From Octopus sinensis (Eukaryota), in the NCBI RefSeq assembly GCF_006345805.1, contig NC_043002.1, positions 32,488,001 to 32,552,000 on the forward strand: a stretch of DNA of 64,000 nt, given 5' to 3'. The notes under the pieces were generated by a model. The model was given only the letters and a program-made list of their open reading frames with translations, was not told the DNA's origin and made no database searches. This document shows, piece after piece, positions 52,703 to 64,000 of this stretch (positions are counted from its first letter, which is position 1; the number at the start of each line of letters is the position of its first letter). A program made the position numbers and the translations under genes.

Positions 52703-54320
52703 GGCCGCATTGAATAGTAAAGAGGAGACCGCAGCCAATAGCAAACAGCATGAACGTTCAAAAGCGAGCTGCCCGAGAAGATAGATCAAATCTGAAACTA
52801 TCACAAAGCAAGAATTCAGAATACCCCAAAACAATGAAAGAAAATCATGTTTCAGTGTAAATCATCTCGAGAAACAGAAATATTTTGGAAACAGAATAAT
52901 GAAAACAGAACGCTATTAAGTATTTAAAAAAAAACCGTTAGTAGATCCGACGTCAAAGGCTCTACTAGTGGTTTTTTCTTAAACACTTAATAGCATTCTG
53001 TTTATCATTTATGCAGTCATCAAAATTATTATAATGTCTTGTTGTAGAGATAGATTCTCTTTCTTTACTGATGAGAAGATTACATTATTCTACACCGTTT
53101 ATTCCTTTGGAATAAAACCAATGTTGTCTTCGAAACATATGTCGAAAGTAAAAGAATTTGAATAACATCTGCGTTCAACTCTATTTATTTACTTATACTA
53201 TACAAATTACTGCACATTAACCCGGAGTTTCTACCTTTGAATAGGTAGCTACATCCTTGTTAATTGCGTGAATTTTACTACTCTGGTAACTGTTTATTGA
53301 ATTTTCCATGTTAACGGTAAACAAAGGATAATTTATTCATCCATCTATATATATATATATAGCTTCCCTCACATGAGACGCCACCGCAAAACGTGCGCCT
53401 GAAAATGTAAAGAGGATGAAGTGCAATACCTCTATCCCCAAATTACGAAACGGAGTAAAATTATAATCAACTATGCAACCATATCTCTGCAAATCCTCTG
53501 TACATATGCACATTGTCGCTTCTTGTTCTTCCGCTTATACATCAATAACAATTATAAAGTTTATACAACCCATACACGAACTTTCAGCATGGGAGAAAGG
53601 AATGCGAAAAAGGTTTTTAATGTTTCAGTTATGCCTAAATTAGTAAGTAAACAATAGTATTGGTCAACTCTAAGTCAAGATTGCCCAAGTACCGTAATGT
53701 CGGCAATACCTCTAGTTCGTAAAGCAACTATACTACTGTCAACTTATTTCGTAAATCAAAACGGGGATTAATTGATTTGACAGATAAATCTGGAATATGA
53801 GGCATCAGATGTAATGTGCAAGAGCGAAGACTGAGCTAGCACGCTGATGTCACGCGTATGAATGAAGACAGTTTCCTCACTATTTCTTAAAATTACTATA
53901 TTAGTATCAACTCAGTAACTATAATGAAGATGAAGAATGAGAGGATACAGCTTATAGTAATGACAAGTTTTTTACAGTAATGACAAGTTTTTGATAGTAA
54001 TGACAAGTTTTTCACTAAAGTGAAGGATTAGTTAAAAAGAAGCAAAACAATTTGTTATTAAAGAGATTGCTTGACCTAATTATTAATTCTTAACTAGATC
54101 ACAAGAGGTCCTATTTAAATTCTGATTAAGTAATCAGGCAGTAATCATAACCTTCCATATAACCTGGCATGTCACAGAATGTTAAAGCAGCAACCTTTTA
54201 CTTTTAGCTATGCATAAATATGGTGATCTCAAGCGAGAACATTAAATTATCAGCAAGGGAAAAACAAATTTTAACAATAAAATACAAAGAAATGTGAGAA
54301 ATTTATAAACCACTATTTAC

Positions 54321-54362
54321 CTTCTGTTGTTGGTACTGTGGGATTTTCCGTGGTTTTATCAA
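54321..54362 (-). CDS. Host gene exon 6 (42 bp, phase 1-1): (V)DKTTENPTVPTTE
   Basis: Acceptor tcttttttccag, donor gtaaat; 41/42 identical to exon 5. Confidence 0.8.
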
Positions 54363-54616
54363 CTGGAAAAAAGATATTAGATCATACCCTATACTTTTAT
54401 AATTACAGTAAGCTGATATATGTTTTGGTTTTCATCTTCGAAACATACATGTGTGTGCGTGTAGATATATATATATGTACATGCATGTATATATATATAT
54501 ATATAACAATTAAAAATGAGAAAATTTTTTTACCTTTGTAAGGTATTTCTTTCATGCTGGCCACTTGATAATTTCGACACTTAAATATCGATATTATCCT
54601 CATATATAAATATATA

Positions 54617-54667
<51 letters not shown>

Positions 54668-55974
54668 ATATGCACACAGACACAGACACACACAAACACA
54701 CATAGATATACATATATTGAAAGAAGGCTAAACTGTGCTTATGCTTTTGTTGCTGGTGAACAATTTTGGAAGCTTTCACCAGACCCGATCAAATTACGTT
54801 CTCCGAGGAACTCCTTACATTCAACTGAAACCCTAGTTTCTGATGTCCTTAAACGTTTTCATTAGCGTGATGCAACGCCGTGTGTGTGTGCCATCCTTGT
54901 TAATATAAAGATCACGACTTCGAGAAGCTATTTTTGTTTTATTAAACATAAAGTCATACAATTAACCTTCTGAAATTTTGCAGATGAGATGTTCATAACA
55001 GTCACAGTAGCAGCCTATCAAAGCAACAGCAAATGTTTCGCTTTGTGAACAGAATTTTTCGCTATGCTCTCACCTTCTGAATTTTCGTTCTCTTATATCA
55101 TTCAATGACTTCCTTAGAGTGTTGTTATTAAGTTGTTACTTGTGATATTTATATGACGGCTTTCTTGAGGCAGGCATAAAAATAAGCTTTTTTTGAACAT
55201 CTGTTGTTGGTATAGGTAATGACGTATAAAATAATTGTTTTTCTAAAATAGGTTTTCCTTGCTTTAATTTTTAGAACAGTTGTTGTACAACTGTCAGTTT
55301 CTATCAGAATTTTATATTTTGATTAACTTCACATTTTGGTTGAATTGCTCAGGTGAGTTGTTATAATTTTGTAAGCAATAAACGTCAACGTTAATTATGA
55401 AACATTTTTGATATTTCTATATGAACTGTGTTAGACTTCTGTCTGATATGTACTAGATCCGTACCGAGCTAGGAGAATTTACCTAGGAATATGCATTTGT
55501 TGTCTCAGGGAGTCAAGGCCGTTAACAACAGGACTACCTACTAAAAACACTGATATAAGAAGAAATATTTAAGTCCGGAATGATTGTATATTATGAGAAC
55601 AGGAAAACGAGGAATCAGTCTGTACTCATTAAACTTGCTGACAACCAAACCAGGAAAACTAGTTCTCATATCAGCTCAATACGTAGCCTTAATTTTAGTA
55701 ATAACGTTTACAAGTTCGAATCTTCCAGTCCACTAATAGAGCCCATATTAAAAATAAAGCATAATAGAAAATAGCACGAGTGCTTTTTCTCCAGTTCAAT
55801 GAACTGTTTGTCTAGGAGAATAAGCATTCCTTCATTTAGACAGCACATGTGTCATTAACCCTAATGCATCAAAATGATAATCCTATATTGGAACAAATCG
55901 TTCTTAAATAGCGCAAACTGCAGTTAGCCATAAAGCGATAACTTTCTGTCCTAAATTGTATACAGAACAGAGAC

Positions 55975-56037
<63 letters not shown>

Positions 56038-56104
56038 ACCCACACACATTTATATACGCAATAAATTACAATGAAATGTGAGAAATTTATAAACCACTAT
56101 TTAC

Positions 56105-56146
56105 CTTCTGTTGTTGGTACTGTGGGATTTTCCGTGGTTTTATCAT
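56105..56146 (-). CDS. Host gene exon 5 (42 bp, phase 1-1): (D)DKTTENPTVPTTE
   Basis: Acceptor cttacttttttttccag, donor gtaaat. Confidence 0.8.
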
Positions 56147-56267
56147 CTGGAAAAAAAAGTAAGATCATACACTATACTTCTATAATTACAGTAAACTGCT
56201 ATATGCTTCGATTTTCATTTCAGAAAGACATATGTGCATGTGCGTATATTTCTACAAATGTACATGC

Positions 56268-56310
<43 letters not shown>

Positions 56311-56350
56311 TAGATACATACATACATACATACATACATACATACATACA

Positions 56351-56384
<34 letters not shown>

Positions 56385-56401
56385 ATATATGTATATATAT
56401 T

Positions 56402-56483
<82 letters not shown>

Positions 56484-56989
56484 AACACAGATATACAGAT
56501 ATTGAAATAAGTCTAAACAGTGCTTATGCTTTTGTTGTTGGTGAACAGAGAACATCACGGGAAAATATGAAAATTAAGAGGCAGTATATATATATATATA
56601 TTAGGACACAACCACCTCCTAAGCAGTCCTAGTGCAGATATGAATGTAATATGGGAAACGGTATTAAGAAAAGATAAAATATTAGGATTATAAACCCAAA
56701 AGTTCACCCATGGGCATATAGCGAGGTGGATAATAATGCTGGCTACTAACCCGCAGATTCTGAGTTCAGTCTCAGGTGGGACTTGGGAAGTAATATCAAC
56801 AGAAAAAATTAACATAAGCAAAAAATAATAACTTGGGAATGAGAACATAGTACCCCATTAATCAAATAAAAGGCTGGGTTCGAATTTCTATCAGAACAAC
56901 AAAGAAGGTGAGGACACCTATCCGTCCATTGTAAATAATATGCATAATTCCTCATCTCAAAAATATAGAATAGTATATATATTCTTTTA

Positions 56990-57385
56990 CTAGTTTCAGT
57001 GATTTGGCTACGGTCATGCTGGAGCACCGCCTTTAGTCGAACAAATCGAGCCCAAGACTTCTTCGTTGTAAGCGTAGTACTTATCGGTTCTTTTGCCTAA
57101 CCACTAATTTACGGGGACGTAAGCACACCAGCATCGGTGTCAAGTGGTGGTGCGGGAGGGGGTGGTGGTAAAAACACACAAACATACAAACACACACACA
57201 CACAAACACGCACACACATATATATACGACGGGCTTCTTTCAGTTTCCGTCTATCAAATCCACTCACAAGGCTTTGGTCAGCCCGAAGCTATAGTAGACG
57301 TTATTTGCCCAAGGTTCCGTACAGTGAGACTGAGATCAGAACCATGTGATTGGTAAGGAAGTTACTTACCACACAGCCATGCCTA
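56990..57385 (-). mobile_element. Full-length ~400-bp SINE
   Basis: Colinear with 12178-12580. Confidence 0.85.
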
Positions 57386-58096
57386 TTATTAATATGCTAT
57401 TAATAATGCTGCAAAGATATCACAAAAACTGTTCTGATTACGATTCTGAAACAAAACTGTCCGACGAACGGGAACGTGAAACTGTGAGTAACAGGTTTTG
57501 TGATATCCTTGCAGCGTCATTAAGAAAGCATATTATTCTACCTCCAGTATTCGAGTACTATTTTTTTCGACCTTGTTTCACATTTGTGCTTACTCTGGTG
57601 TATATATATATAGGGATTTTGAAAAGAATAGTTTCATCTAATTTTGCCCAAGACACACAGTATATAATGACGGCACTGGAACCTTAAAACTTCGTCAAGT
57701 AGTTAAGAGTCCATGAAAAAACACAAACAAGCACCACATTTTCTAGTATATTCTGCATTTAGCAGATCGAGAAGCCTGTCATGTAGAGTATCCCTTATTG
57801 TTGAAGACGAAGACCAACTGATATACAGTGACGTCACCTTCTTAGACAATAATATAGGCATCCTGCATCCTCACCCGCAAAATCTGTAGCTCACATTTAC
57901 GCTAATTCTTTCCTTCGCAAAATATGATTGCTGAAACATCTGTTGTAAGATATGAGTTAAATGAGAACGATAGTGTTGACAAAGGGAAGAAAGGTTTCGG
58001 TCATATACTGCATATAGACTTTTTTACATTACCATCAATTCAACTTTGATGCAATTTATTTGTAATATTTGCCGGAAGAGTCAATTCGAATCCTAC

Positions 58097-58183
58097 CTGT
58101 GCAGTTTCCACTGATATGGTCACATGATTCACTGCAAGGGCATGTTAAAGAGCAATCTTTCCCATACCTCTTCTCAGGACAAA
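58097..58183 (-). CDS. Host gene exon 4 (MEGF-type EGF-like; phase 1-1): CPEKRYGKDCSLTCPCSESCDHISGNCT
   Basis: Acceptor caattttag, donor gtagga; Cys spacing of laminin/MEGF-type repeats. Confidence 0.88.
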
Positions 58184-59859
58184 CTAAAATTGTAACAGAA
58201 ACAAAGAATTCGTTATTTATCATTTAAAAGAAAGAGAATATATTATGGTCGCAGAGATGATGGAGTAGTGATGATGATGGCCGAAATATCAGTGTGTTTG
58301 GTCTTTGTTGTGGTATGAATAATGACTGCGATGGTGGCCTTGTTGCTGCTCATGATGGTAGCAGGTACGATGTAATTGTGGTAGTAGCGATAAAGGTGCT
58401 GTTTGTTACGGGGATGTTACTGATGCTGATGATGGTGATTGTGGTGGTGACTATGGTGTTTATGGTTATGGATAGTTCTCATAGATGTACTGGTGGTGGT
58501 GATGTCGGTGGTGGTGGTATTGGTGGTGGTAGTAGGTCTTCTTCTGGGGTAGGAATCGTGGAATTGATGATGATGATAATGAGGGTTTCAGTGGTAGTAG
58601 TGAAGGTGATAGTGGGTGGTGATAAGGGTTATTCATTTGTCATTTTTCTTCTATTTTATCTAGCAGACCTATGACGAAAGGCAATCCATCACAACCAGTC
58701 AATCATTTTTATTTCGCTTATTATGTATACATGATTTATTTCTTATTGTGCCTTTTCTAAAGATATCAGAGTGTGCGATGAGGAAGATTCTGGTTACTAT
58801 TTCCAATAATAATATAAAACCTCCCTCGATGGCCCGTTTCAATTTTTTGTACTTCAATTTACGTTTTTAATTATACAGGCATAAACCACTTGATCGGTAA
58901 ACAAGCTTTAAGTCACAAGCGCCTTACTATTTTTCTGACACTCTTCTCTGTTTTAATGAGTACAGCTCCTGTGAAGTTACGCTGATAGACTTGTGTCAGC
59001 CTTACATCAATTTCTGTTGCACTTTCATAATCAGGGTGTATCAAAAATTTGATTACCTTTATAATCAAAGTATTTCCTTATTCTTATATGAAATATAAAA
59101 GAATAAAATATTTTTAGTAATTAAGTGATTTTTTTCGGATTTCATTTAATAATTTGCATTTAGGATGTTTACACCTCTCTTAAATAGGGTCTTATTGATG
59201 AACTGATGCACAGCTTCTCTTTTCACTATTCTCTCTGTCCTGGACATTCAGTCCCACCACAGCTAAATACATTTCTTAAACTTTCTAACTCCCACCATTA
59301 TCTCTTGAAAGAGCATCACTGCACAAGAGTTTCGGACTGCCATGAATGTGTACGGCTCCAAAACGGATTTCTTCTTTCTCCTTCTCACCTGTTTATGAAG
59401 GTCTTTAAAATTATAGAGATTGTACTTTCTCAGGTGATTAAATGATGGGAGTGTTTAAGAACAATTAAGGTACTGAAACCTTTGTAAAATTACCAACCAA
59501 CTTTTACTTTTCTGTTGGTTTAGAGCCCTTACCTAAGAAAATAGGAAGGTATATATAGCAAGATGACTAAAGATTCTCTTACGCTGTTTATCATTATACA
59601 CCTATCGCACTTTGTCTTGAAGCTATCAGGAACTTATGAGCTACATTGCAAATGATTTTAGATTTTCTTAGTGGCAGGTAGTCATAACTGTCCTAAATTA
59701 TTGCAAGTTTATTTACCATCTGATCTGCCTACTTTTTATTCCAGATGGAAAGTAAAGGCTATGAGAGAACTTTGAAGACAAGCAACAAAAGCCTTATTAT
59801 CACAGATAACTAATTTTCTGAAAGCAGTCGGGAGAGGAATACAAAGTCGAAGCCCTCCA

Positions 59860-60872
59860 TACAACATAGCTTTGTGTTAAAGTGTCCTAAAACGCTACAG
59901 AAACTTATGAAATGCTCCAGATTACTTGCAGATTAACTTGTGTCACCTGGACATCTGTATTTTATTTTTATGGTACATTAGGTTCCTGATCTATAGAGAA
60001 GAGGTGAGAGACGATGAGAGGTGTTGAAAGAGAGGGAGGTTACAACGTCAGAACTGGTTGAGAAAAAACACAATTTTCTGGATGAAGATCATTATGTGTG
60101 TATAAAAACAATAAGCGTACAACTCGGGGTTTGTGTGGCAACTGTACACAGAATTATTTCTTAAGATATAAACATGTGCAAAATTTATGCAAAGTTTGTT
60201 CCTCGGCTACGAAGTTATGAATAGAAGGAAAATCACGTTGGTGATAGCAAAAAGATGATCGAGGTCATTCCCGCCAATCTAAGGGTACTTGAGTGTCTAG
60301 TGATCTTCAACGAAAGCTGGATCTACTGTTATGATTTAGAGACCAAGATACTGAGTGCTCAATAAAGTCATCCTCGATCCCCCAGCCCCTAGAAGATCAG
60401 ACAAATCTAATCTACCACAAGCCTTTAGTGATCCCCTTTATTGATAACAAGGGGATCAACTACATCCACTGGGATCCCTCTGGACAGACAGTCAGCAAAA
60501 AGGGGTTGCAGAAGAGAATTATTCGCAACGGGTCATATCACTTGCACCTGGGCAATTCACCAGTCTGCAATTCCATTGTGATTAACAACTAATTGACAGA
60601 TGGACATCAAAACTGTTCCTAATCCTCCCTACAGTCCAGATCTTGCACCCTAACTTTTGATTCTTCCCAAGCTGAACGAGAACCTCAAGGGCAGTCGTTT
60701 TGAAGGTATTGAGAAGATGAAGGAAGTTGTGACAATGATGCTGGATATCTTACATTGAAGGACTTCCATGGGGCCTTCATGAAGTGAGAGGATCCTACTT
60801 TGAAGGCGATTAGGGTTTTGTACTTCTTTCAATTTAATATCTCTTCTGGAAAACCCTCAAAACTACTTCTGT
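59860..60872 (+). mobile_element. Decayed mariner element
   Basis: NATETYEMLQ, NESWIYCYDLETK and PPYSPDLAP in broken frames. Confidence 0.8.
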
Positions 60873-61027
60873 AATGCATCTCTTAGATGAAATAATTTAT
60901 AAATCTATCATTGTTTCTACTAGTTAACACGAATCCTAAAATATTGGCTGTAACAATAAGCTTTAGAGAACCAAAAGATAACTCGTTAGAATAAAACAAA
61001 CAATCAACGAATATATGTAAAACTTAC

Positions 61028-61279
61028 TTTGACATCTTCCAGATTCAGTCTTGAAGTAACCATCTTTGCAGACACATGTATAGTTTTGCTCCCCGTTAAC
61101 ACATTCCGAAGTTTTGTTGTCACAGCTGCCAATATTTGCAGCACAAAAATCTATTCTGGTGTCACATTTAACGCCTGTATAACCGGCGTTGCATATACAC
61201 CCCTTCACTGAATCACAACTTCCTTTGACACAACCGCAAGTCATGTTGCAGTTGTAACCATAGGTATATGTATCGCAGG
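61028..61279 (-). CDS. Host gene exon 3 (two EGF-like modules; phase 1-1): CDTYTYGYNCNMTCGCVKGSCDSVKGCICNAGYTGVKCDTRIDFCAANIGSCDNKTSECVNGEQNYTCVCKDGYFKTESGRCQ
   Basis: Acceptor tgtttgtcttatgtatag, donor gtaagt; 252 bp. Confidence 0.95.
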
Positions 61280-61479
61280 CTATACATAAGACAAACAGAT
61301 TATTAGATACAGTGAATAAGATTAGCTTTATATTAGATATATATATCGCAGGCTATAAATAAGACAAACAGAATGTTAGATACAGTGACTGAATTTAGCT
61401 TTCATATTTCAGAAAGAATTATTAAAAGAGGAACAAAGTGAATAATTATTACGTAGAAATATTTATAAAATCTACTTAC

Positions 61480-61599
61480 GTTTACATGTGAGCTTATCAT
61501 TTGCTAGTTTATATCCGATTTCACATATACATTTAAAGGAATCGGCATCGGTCTGGCAGGTGCCATTTGAACAAGGATTTGGTGAGCATTTATCGATAG
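61480..61599 (-). CDS. Host gene exon 2 (EGF; phase 1-1): IDKCSPNPCSNGTCQTDADSFKCICEIGYKLANDKLTCK
   Basis: Acceptor tttctctttcag, donor gtaagt; 120 bp, six-Cys EGF. Confidence 0.95.
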
Positions 61600-62530
61600 C
61601 TGAAAGAGAAAAATATTATGAATTGCATTTCATAAATATCAAAATCTGATTAATAATAAAGGCTAGAAACCTTTAGTCAGATAGTTTCTTTTTCATATGT
61701 AGGATTAGCGTTGATACATAATATAAATATGAGTTATTATCAATTAGACAGATTATGTGACTTTAAAAAATATTTCTAAATCTTTAATGATTAATGTGTC
61801 TAATGATTAATACAGACAGTAACCTTATGATGTGATGCTTTGGCATATACATCAGAAGAAAGATGTAAATTTATGCAAATAAAAGGTATATTGAAGAGAA
61901 ATAAATAATGAATAACAGGTATGTAAAATCGCATAAATTTCAAAAACTGACTCGAAGTTGAGCAGGTAAATAGCAGCAATTTTAAGACAATACATTTATT
62001 TATATATTACAAAGTTCGTCGAGTGGCACAATAATTCCAAAATCAAATTGGTATAAATGAATCTCCAATCAACATATATGTGGGGTAGTGATTGAAATAT
62101 ATCAATGAAACCAGAGAAACAAAATTCAAAAGAGCATTATAATGTTATTCCCTTCGACATGACTCTCATGACACACACTATGCAGTTATAACCTTTGAAA
62201 ACTGATATAGTTACACAGTGAAAATACGTATCGCTTTTTTATTGGATAACTCATATTAATACTGAATTAATGAAAACAGTAATTGCCAGAATCAAAAGAG
62301 TGCTATACAGGGCCATTTGTATTACATACGATGTTCAAAATGTGCCAGTGTTGAATATTCCAAATTCACAAATTATCATTTTGAGATGTACTGCGATCGA
62401 TATAACTGAATATTGTATTAGAGGGAATTTCAATCACAGTAAAAAAGAATTGTAGTATCTGTAAATATTTTATCCATTGAACGGAGAATAAGCAATGAAA
62501 GAACTTCAGAGGTTTGATATATACATATAC

Positions 62531-62576
<46 letters not shown>

Positions 62577-62759
62577 CGTAAAAAAGAGTAAAAAAAACTA
62601 CAGAAGACATGTGTTATATGGTTCAAGAATATATTTAAGTTGTTATGTTAGAAAAATGTGACATTTTGTGTATAGTAACATAGTTTTGGGAGAAATAGCC
62701 GGTTTCGTATTTTCTTTTCAAATTTCTCAAATTTCTTTACCTACATCGTGTCATATATA

Positions 62760-62817
<58 letters not shown>

Positions 62818-62859
62818 TATATATACATACATACATACATACATACATACATACATGCA

Positions 62860-63010
62860 TACATAGAGTAAGTTTACAAAAGACAAAAGACGAAGACGGG
62901 TGTGTAAATAATAAACAGATGTATTACTTTAACACTCGTGAAGTGAGAAAGTCTTTACGTTTCCAGCCTACGCTCTTCGACAGAAAGGGAAACAAAAATA
63001 AACAGGGAGA
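62860..63010 (-). mobile_element. PLE-like terminal fragment with hammerhead-like variant (62953-62987)
   Basis: CUUU-CUGUCGA-A-GAGC(guag)GCUG-GAAA-CG-UA-AAG; A6 changed to U and stem II closing pair mismatched. Confidence 0.45.
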
Positions 63011-63033
63011 GAAATATATACGTATATACATAC

Positions 63034-63099
<66 letters not shown>

Positions 63100-63199
63100 G
63101 TGAATGCGTGTATGTGTACATGTATATAATAAGAACAGAATAATAATAAGAATTTTGATGGTAAGACAAGTGAGGTTAATTCCTCTCTCTAGCATGTAT

Positions 63200-63231
<32 letters not shown>

Positions 63232-63320
63232 CGCGTGTGTGCGCGTATCTGTGTGTATGTGTTGTATGTGTGTGTGTCTGCGTGTGTGTAACACAAGCCA
63301 TATAAAGAGATAGGACTTAC

Positions 63321-63440
63321 CTATGCATGTATTGTTTGTTGCTGGATCAAGTTCATAAAACCTCTTGCACTGACAGGATGCTGTTCCATTATTTACGTTA
63401 CAAGTGTCGGGGCAATTCAGACTCTGGCATTTCTCGATAA
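63321..63440 (-). CDS. Host gene exon 1 of this window (EGF; phase 1-1): IEKCQSLNCPDTCNVNNGTASCQCKRFYELDPATNNTCI
   Basis: Acceptor tactttgctgtcatag, donor gtaagt; 120 bp. Confidence 0.92.
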
Positions 63441-63508
63441 CTATGACAGCAAAGTATTAACATATTACAATAAGCAGTATACTTCACATGTGAATGTTTA
63501 TAAGTATG

Positions 63509-63540
<32 letters not shown>

Positions 63541-63629
63541 CGCGTGTGTGCGCGTATCTGTGTGTATGTGTTGTATGTGTGTGTGTCTGCGTGTGTGTAA
63601 CACAAGCCATATAAAGAGATAGGACTTAC

Positions 63630-63748
63630 CTATGCATGTATTGTTTGTTGCTGGATCAAGTTCATAAAACCTCTTGCACTGACAGGATGCTGTTCCATTA
63701 TTTACGTTACAAGTTCGGGGCAATTCAGACTCTGGCATTTCTCGATAA
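63630..63748 (-). pseudogene. Tandem duplicate of the EGF exon with a 1-bp deletion (119 bp, frameshift)
   Basis: 309-bp tandem unit; CCCGACACT becomes CCCGAACT; splice sites intact. Confidence 0.7.
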
Positions 63749-63816
63749 CTATGACAGCAAAGTATTAACATATTACAATAAGCAGTATACTTCACATGTG
63801 AATGTTTATAAGTATG

Positions 63817-63858
<42 letters not shown>

Positions 63859-64000
63859 ACTATATATATTTTTTTTTCACACCGAGAGAGGCTCAGTAAT
63901 ATTTGCATGAAACGGGTCTTCTACGTATGAGCCCTGCTATCAAACCCGCGGAAAGGTCTTACTCAGTAATTCGAGGAACGAAAACAAAGTACTATTACAA

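Noticed and set aside
52481-52834. Poly-Glu/Gly/Arg/Pro ORFs
   Set aside because: Translations of the GAA/GAG tract.
58294-58674. Val/Met/Gly-rich 126-aa ORF
   Set aside because: Low-complexity (GGT/GAT)n-derived sequence.

Overview
This is AT-rich, microsatellite-dense eukaryotic DNA. The SINE families, repeat content and intron style point to a cephalopod, probably Octopus (inference). There are no prokaryotic features and no CRISPR array. (1) A host gene missed by the ORF track lies on the minus strand. Twelve GT-AG exons with matching phases (63440 down to 34321) splice into one open frame: EGF-like repeats, Thr/Pro-rich repeats, a SEA domain with a G/SVIV motif, a Thr-rich stalk, a transmembrane helix and a cytoplasmic tail. 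This is a membrane-mucin-like type I protein. Its 5' end lies beyond the window and its last exon is unresolved. (2) Transposon content includes two young, near-identical CR1-clade LINE copies with (TAAC)n tails and decayed CR1, RTE, R4-like and HERO-like LINEs. There are also Penelope-like (GIY-YIG) fragments, several mariner/Tc1 relics, MITEs and many tRNA-derived SINEs. (3) The most striking signal is a set of short non-coding elements with terminal redundancy or inverted ends, often inserted in (TA)n. They carry type I hammerhead ribozyme motifs from at least six unrelated sequence families. Some have intact cores, three have a compensatory U3-A8 core, and most have a palindromic stem III. 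They look like Penelope-derived, retrozyme-like elements. All ribozyme and splicing calls come from manual reading and are untested.
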